Virus record (IMG/VR): IMGVR_UViG_3300029922_000038
Coordinates: 1-64,000 of that record
DNA: 64,000 bases
Direction: 5' to 3' (one strand)
DNA from: a virus
Under the pieces are notes generated by a model. It was not told the origin of the DNA. It made no database searches and saw only the letters and a list, made by a program, of their open reading frames with translations. Below, piece by piece: positions 58,457 to 64,000 of this stretch. The position numbers and the translations under genes were made by a program. Numbering within the stretch: position 1 is the stretch's first letter; every line of letters begins with the position of its first letter.

Positions 58457-61400
58457 TTATCTTAATACCTTTCTAAATATATGGGTAATATCATACAAAG
58501 ATAGTTTAAAATTGTTAGTATTATTAAATATAAAGCGAGTTACTATATAATTATCTGTAAATCTTTTCTTTAGATTATAGTTTTTAGAAGAACTCACGTT
58601 AATAGGATTTTTATTAGAATCAAAGAAAGGAAGAGCATAATTAACTACTAAATCTCTAAACTTATTAATATTCCAAATCCCCCTTACATAAGAAGAAGTA
58701 CCTCTATTTGTAATAGGTACTAATCCAGAAGATTGATAACTGTTATAAATAATTACATCATCAAAAGTAGCTATTTGTAAAACACCATTGTTATCTATGC
58801 ACTTAGTATCTAATAGAATAGATTGAGTTTGTTTATGTCCTTGTGTAGAATCAGTAAGAAGTGCATTTTCCACATATGGGGAACCCCCAGACTTATTATT
58901 CATTTGACCATAATTACCCATTCTATTAAGGGTAGCTTCTACTATAAAAGGGTAAACAGTACCAAAACTACCATATGGAGCACTATGGTGGAGTACTACA
59001 TGATTAGCATTTCCAGGAGTTACATAAGGTACAGAATAAAAATTGAGTGAATTATACATAAACATAGGACTATAATCATGAAAAGATGTCCATGATTTAG
59101 TATCTAATGAATATGAAAGGGTAAAACTATTATTTACAAAATAAGAAGTATTATCTAATGAAAGTAGATTAGCATAGATAGTAACTAACCCTAAAAATGG
59201 ATCCATGTAAGTAGTAGACCATGAATCTGGGCCTTGAGTACCTTCAGTTTCTGACCATACATAGAAATAACCATTTGTATAATAAAATTGATTAGGGGAA
59301 GGATTAGTAGAAGAGTTATATAATCCAGGATTTACAAGTGTGTAATCTTTCTTATAAACAAGTATTCTTCTATATTTAGCATCATAAGCACATGAATAAC
59401 CTATACCATTAGGAACCCACCCATTTTCAGGAATTAATTTAGCAAGTGAATCTAAACCATTTATTTGCTGGGCAATAGAAAAATAAGCGTTATTTAGAAA
59501 GAAAGATCTCATACCAACTTCTGATATTCTTTCATCTTCTCCAGTAAATAAAAAAGCTTCACATCTACGAGTATCTATTGAAAAATAACCTTTTGGTGTT
59601 AATATATTAGCATATGCAGTAGGTAATCCTAAATAACCATCTTCAGATGATTTAAGTTCAATGGGAGTTTGTTCTAAGAAAGCCCCTGTACCTACATTAA
59701 CAGTACCTTCAGTAGTACCAAACTTTAATTCATCTGTTGATATTACATAAAGCGTATTTTCAAGATGTATATAAACCCTATTATGATCTACCCATATATC
59801 TTTAATATTACCTTTCTCTCTTGGCATATCCTTATAATTATTTATAAGAAATTGTCTATAAGCATTAAATACATCTTCATCTCCTCTCATAACAGAATAA
59901 GCTATTCTATTAAGAAGTTGATTTTCTTCACTTATATTAAGTGGTTTTGGTATATATTGAGTTACTGTATTTTCAGCAGAATAATCTATATTATAAGCAT
60001 AAAAATTATCTACTGTTACAGGTAATTCTAATATTGTACCACTTGGAGAACCAGAATAAATTCCTGTCTTTGGGTAATATGATTTAGCCATAGAATTATC
60101 TACGGGGTTCATATCTGCCCCACCATTTCTAAGAGATACATTAACTGTAGATTCAATAGGTACATAGTTAATAGCTGCAATAAAAGTTTTTGTACCGTTT
60201 ACAAGACCTGATTCAACAGTAGAAGATGCAAAAGTAGTAGCATCTCCTTGTACACTTCTTCTAAAATAGAAATTTGATATAAAAGTATCTCCTTGACTAT
60301 TTAAAACAGTATATGAATTAATACCTCCTGAAGTAAGTGCAGCATAAGTAGCGATAGATGCTGGTGTAGGTAAAAATACTGTTGCTCCAGCATACATATA
60401 ACTAAGCTGGTCTAATGTATTATATTGGGCACTATATTCTTTCTTTAAATTAGTAATATAATAAGCTGCCCAATTTCCAGTATTTACGGTTGAGGTAATA
60501 ACACCTTGGCCAGAAGCAAATGGGTTTCCTGTAATATCATAAGCATGAGAAGGAACAGCAGTTAATCCAAATTGAGGAGTAGTTGCTGATGCAACGCCAT
60601 CTCCACTTAATACTTCATCTGGATAATTTAATTGATTATATGGAGTTCCTGCACCAGAAGTATCAATAGACATAAAAGAAGGCCCACCATCATTATTAAT
60701 AAAAACTCCACTTGGAGAACTTAGTACTTCAACAGAACTATTTGCTTGTATTTGTTTAACTGTATTTATTAATCTCTTTTGTTGAGCATGGCCATTTGAT
60801 AGGGGATATATATTAATTCCTGTAATTGGCCCAGTAACTTGGGCAAGACCTACTTGAAGTGGCCTATTTACTACACCTGGATCTGTTAAAAAATGAGATG
60901 TATTAGCTATTAGCCCACTATATAGATGAACATCTGCATTATTAAATGCTGGATCATTCTGTGTAGCATAAGCAATATACTCATTAGATAAATAATCAGG
61001 AATTACTTGAGAAACAGTATTAAATCTATCTTCTGGGCTAAAAAAAGAAAATTGATTTTTAATATCACCAAAATAAGAACCAAGATAAGTATTTACGCAT
61101 TGTGTTCTACCAGAATAAGGAAAACTATTAATTACATGTCCTCCAGAGGCTCTTTCAGTAAAATTAAATAATGCCCCCTGCATAAGAATACTTTTATTGG
61201 AGGAATTTCTTTGAACTCTTACAATAGAGTATCCTGTTATTTTATTAAGTAAAACAGTAGGAAGATTAATATTTGTAATATTTAATCTAAGTATCCTTCC
61301 TATTCTTTCAGTAACATTATTAGAACCATCTCTTGTAACCCTATAATGAGGACTTTTAGCAATAGATGGCATTCTATGATGTCTAACAGGAGTACCCGCA

Positions 61401-62785
61401 AGTGATCCCCATTCTGCTGTATTTGGATATAATTCTGTTGATTGCCAATAAGCAAGTAGATTAGTATTACCTGAAACTTCTGTATCTGCTGTATTATAAG
61501 CTTTCCAAGTAGGACATCCAGCACCATAAATAGTATCTGTTACAGTACCATCATCTCTTCCAGGAATTAATGCTCTACCTGGAATATGATAAGCATAACT
61601 ACTTGTAGCATCATCAAAATGCCAAACAATAGCAAGAGCATATACTTCATCCTTCATATAAGAACGAGAATCATTATTTATGGATTCTCCATCCATTGCT
61701 CCTGGATTATTATAAGCACTTTTATAATTAACCGTATCACTATCAAGATTAAATTCTTCAGTATAATAATATACTTTTATTTGATTAGCTATTTGCTGAT
61801 ATTCAATATCTGTAGTTTGAGTTAAGCCACCAAGTATGAGTGTATTATTTAATTGAGATATAGTATTAGCTGTACCATAAGTAGAATAAGTTTGAGTAAC
61901 TGCACTTACTGTGGTAGGTATTAAAGTAGCAGTATTAGTAACTTGATAGGTCGTATTAAATAAAGAAGAAGATACTGGTATATTAGGTGTTTGATAGTAA
62001 GTTTTAACACCGTTTATACTTTGTATAATAATAAGATTATAATAAGCTATATCCCCACCTAAATTAGATATAGCAAAAGTAATAGCTTTCTCAGTAGCCA
62101 AACCACTTTCAGCACCATCATAATCATAGTTATCTAATGAATTAAGATTAATATCAGAGGTTGGCTTATTAGTAATAGAAATAGGGTCACACACAAACAT
62201 ATAGTTTGATGGTTGAAAGTCACTATTTAAAACCTGAATAGTTGCTTGGTAAGAACCTGCTTCTAATTGTCCACTACCATCCTGAACAGAATCTAAGGAT
62301 ACTTGAGGCCATACACTTAAATAAAATAAAGATAAATCTTCTTGCGTAATTGTAGAAGCATCAAAATTATCTATATTTAGATATGATGGTGGATTAAAAC
62401 CATCTGTCCAATAAATTTCTCTTTCATTATAGTCATTTATATAAAATGTACCTCTTATTTGATGAAGTGGAGAGAAGTTTAATAAGTCAGATGAAAAAAT
62501 GATAGATAAATTACCATAATTATCTACTAACGCTATCTTAGAAGCAGGAGTTACCGTAGAATATCCTATATAGGATAAAAAAAGTATTGTATTTCCATCC
62601 CCAAAGTTTATCTTACCTATTGGGGTAAAATCAGCAGGTAAATTGGCAAAATTAGAATAACCTTTCTCATTTGTAAGGTTATAATTGCCTTGTTCATCAT
62701 AAATTACTGCATTTCTGGCATCACTCCAAAACCCAGGTGGTACAAATCTACTATCTCCATCTACCCACAGTCCTTTATTAAGCAT
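58457..62785 (-). CDS. tail stabilization/muzzle protein (P22 gp10-like)
   Basis: YWTDGFNPP, RSYMKDEVY, VRHHRMP, GDTFI, FTLSYS...WTSFHDY. Confidence 0.85.
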   Translation of the reverse strand: MLNKGLWVDGDSRFVPPGFWSDARNAVIYDEQGNYNLTNEKGYSNFANLPADFTPIGKINFGDGNTILFLSYIGYSTVTPASKIALVDNYGNLSIIFSSDLLNFSPLHQIRGTFYINDYNEREIYWTDGFNPPSYLNIDNFDASTITQEDLSLFYLSVWPQVSLDSVQDGSGQLEAGSYQATIQVLNSDFQPSNYMFVCDPISITNKPTSDINLNSLDNYDYDGAESGLATEKAITFAISNLGGDIAYYNLIIIQSINGVKTYYQTPNIPVSSSLFNTTYQVTNTATLIPTTVSAVTQTYSTYGTANTISQLNNTLILGGLTQTTDIEYQQIANQIKVYYYTEEFNLDSDTVNYKSAYNNPGAMDGESINNDSRSYMKDEVYALAIVWHFDDATSSYAYHIPGRALIPGRDDGTVTDTIYGAGCPTWKAYNTADTEVSGNTNLLAYWQSTELYPNTAEWGSLAGTPVRHHRMPSIAKSPHYRVTRDGSNNVTERIGRILRLNITNINLPTVLLNKITGYSIVRVQRNSSNKSILMQGALFNFTERASGGHVINSFPYSGRTQCVNTYLGSYFGDIKNQFSFFSPEDRFNTVSQVIPDYLSNEYIAYATQNDPAFNNADVHLYSGLIANTSHFLTDPGVVNRPLQVGLAQVTGPITGINIYPLSNGHAQQKRLINTVKQIQANSSVEVLSSPSGVFINNDGGPSFMSIDTSGAGTPYNQLNYPDEVLSGDGVASATTPQFGLTAVPSHAYDITGNPFASGQGVITSTVNTGNWAAYYITNLKKEYSAQYNTLDQLSYMYAGATVFLPTPASIATYAALTSGGINSYTVLNSQGDTFISNFYFRRSVQGDATTFASSTVESGLVNGTKTFIAAINYVPIESTVNVSLRNGGADMNPVDNSMAKSYYPKTGIYSGSPSGTILELPVTVDNFYAYNIDYSAENTVTQYIPKPLNISEENQLLNRIAYSVMRGDEDVFNAYRQFLINNYKDMPREKGNIKDIWVDHNRVYIHLENTLYVISTDELKFGTTEGTVNVGTGAFLEQTPIELKSSEDGYLGLPTAYANILTPKGYFSIDTRRCEAFLFTGEDERISEVGMRSFFLNNAYFSIAQQINGLDSLAKLIPENGWVPNGIGYSCAYDAKYRRILVYKKDYTLVNPGLYNSSTNPSPNQFYYTNGYFYVWSETEGTQGPDSWSTTYMDPFLGLVTIYANLLSLDNTSYFVNNSFTLSYSLDTKSWTSFHDYSPMFMYNSLNFYSVPYVTPGNANHVVLHHSAPYGSFGTVYPFIVEATLNRMGNYGQMNNKSGGSPYVENALLTDSTQGHKQTQSILLDTKCIDNNGVLQIATFDDVIIYNSYQSSGLVPITNRGTSSYVRGIWNINKFRDLVVNYALPFFDSNKNPINVSSSKNYNLKKRFTDNYIVTRFIFNNTNNFKLSLYDITHIFRKVLR

Positions 62786-62807
62786 CTATAATTAGAAAAT
62801 ATAACTA

Positions 62808-62815
62808 CAAATATA
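62808..62815 (-). promoter_or_regulatory. -7 promoter element
   Basis: TATATTTG on minus strand in intergenic gap upstream of 62785. Confidence 0.55.
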
Positions 62816-62850
62816 ATGAAAATATAATTATGAGATATAAATATTATTTA

Positions 62851-63552
62851 TTAAAAAAGCCCACCATGAAAATCTATATGTTCTCTTTCTTCAAGACCTT
62901 TACCAAAGTTATGGTTAGGATGAGTTAGAGGTACTAATCTTTTCCAGCTATTTATAAAAGCTATCATTTTAGGCTTATCTGGTAAAGATCCTTTAAACAT
63001 AGCTTTTCTTACATATGAGTCATACATTTCCTTTGCCTCTTTAAAGTTAAGTGCTGGATGTTTATAACCTAACCCTATTAATTTTAATATACAATAATAT
63101 AAACAAGCTTCATTAAAAAGATACATATCTGGTATCATAAGATAACCATTTTCATCTAATTCATGTGCTTCATATGATATTTGAAAAGTTACACATTCCT
63201 CATCTGTTTTAATCCAACCAGGTTCTATAGTAAATCCTTTAGGAGAGTGATTATACATATCATCTTCTGATTGTATATCTCTTTGATTGGTAAAATCACC
63301 AGTAGAATAGTTCATTGGCCTATGATGATGCCCTAAGTTATTAATTTTAATACAATTAATAGGGATTTCAACTCTATGATCATGGGAAGTAAATGTTTCT
63401 TCTATTGTAATAGTTTGCCCACATATGCCAACATCTTCCATAACTTCTCCAATCCACTCAATAGCAGGAAGTATAAGCCCATCATCAAATTGTTTAAAAT
63501 CTCTAAATAATTTAGCTATTACTGTATAAGAGGATACTAATTGATAAATCAT
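62851..63552 (-). CDS. tail ring / tubular protein
   Basis: IEWIGE..EDVG, ISYEA..LDENGY.MIPD, EA..YY; gene order. Confidence 0.78.
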   Translation of the reverse strand: MIYQLVSSYTVIAKLFRDFKQFDDGLILPAIEWIGEVMEDVGICGQTITIEETFTSHDHRVEIPINCIKINNLGHHHRPMNYSTGDFTNQRDIQSEDDMYNHSPKGFTIEPGWIKTDEECVTFQISYEAHELDENGYLMIPDMYLFNEACLYYCILKLIGLGYKHPALNFKEAKEMYDSYVRKAMFKGSLPDKPKMIAFINSWKRLVPLTHPNHNFGKGLEEREHIDFHGGLF

Positions 63553-63998
63553 ACTATTTCTTTTTTAACTTTTGGTATTCTAATTATTCTTTTTTGCAAT
63601 TCAAATCTTTCATTAATCATAGTAACCTTATTAAATATCTCTCTCATTCTTGGCATAGAGCCCTTAGTACCTCTTACCATTCTTAATCTATATAGTTTAC
63701 CATGTTTGATATTGGTTTTCTTTTTATTCCAATATAATAAAGGAAACCATTTATCAGTATAATAAATAATTATAGGTTTTCCTTCTTCATCTCTTGGTAC
63801 TTCCCCATTTATCCTTGTTTTATTAGTAGTTGGCCAATCAGGTTTAGGTTTAGCTGGATTTCTTTCTATTCTTTTTATTTGAAGAAAAGTAAGATTGTTC
63901 CCCATATAAAACTTTTTACCAGTAAATAGAACCTCATCCATTATTTTATCAGAGAAATCCATACATAGTTTTTTATAGGTATAAAAATCTATAGTAAT
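63549..63998 (-). CDS. conserved crAss-like protein (IHF/HU-like), 5' truncated
   Basis: Frame open to window edge; PDW..T, IYYT, YW motifs. Confidence 0.65.
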   Translation of the reverse strand: MTIDFYTYKKLCMDFSDKIMDEVLFTGKKFYMGNNLTFLQIKRIERNPAKPKPDWPTTNKTRINGEVPRDEEGKPIIIYYTDKWFPLLYWNKKKTNIKHGKLYRLRMVRGTKGSMPRMREIFNKVTMINERFELQKRIIRIPKVKKEIV

Positions 63999-64000
63999 AG

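Noticed and set aside
47839-63762. Short + strand ORFs inside late genes, and short - strand ORFs inside early genes elsewhere
   Set aside because: Antisense shadows of long well-supported genes with atypical composition
1-64000. Stop-codon reassignment, known in some crAss-like phages
   Set aside because: Long ORFs including the 4730-aa gene are intact in the standard code; breaks in polB and JAB are explained by introns; no suppressor tRNA seen

Overview
AT-rich segment of a lytic crAss-like (Crassvirales-type) phage genome, probably infecting Bacteroidota (TAnnTTTG promoters, SD-less A-rich translation starts); standard genetic code. The + strand (1-39.5 kb) holds an early region of small ORFs with many structured intergenic spacers, a tmRNA and tRNA-Asp, then replication genes: family B DNA polymerase split by a group I intron with a GIY-YIG endonuclease, SF2 helicase, nucleotidyltransferase, DnaB-like helicase, AAA ATPase, SSB-like protein and primase. 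After primase is an apparently complete phage-encoded ubiquitin-like conjugation cluster (Ubl precursor, E2-like, JAB protease, ThiF/E1). The JAB active site is interrupted by a second group I intron carrying a LAGLIDADG endonuclease. RusA-like resolvase, exonuclease, GroES, MazG and small membrane genes follow. The - strand (39.7-64 kb) holds a 4730-aa virion RNA polymerase polyprotein (DFDID motif, zincin HExxH, two L(S/T)AESP linker motifs), two cargo proteins and tail genes. All calls come from motifs and base-pairing read by eye; no database searches were run.
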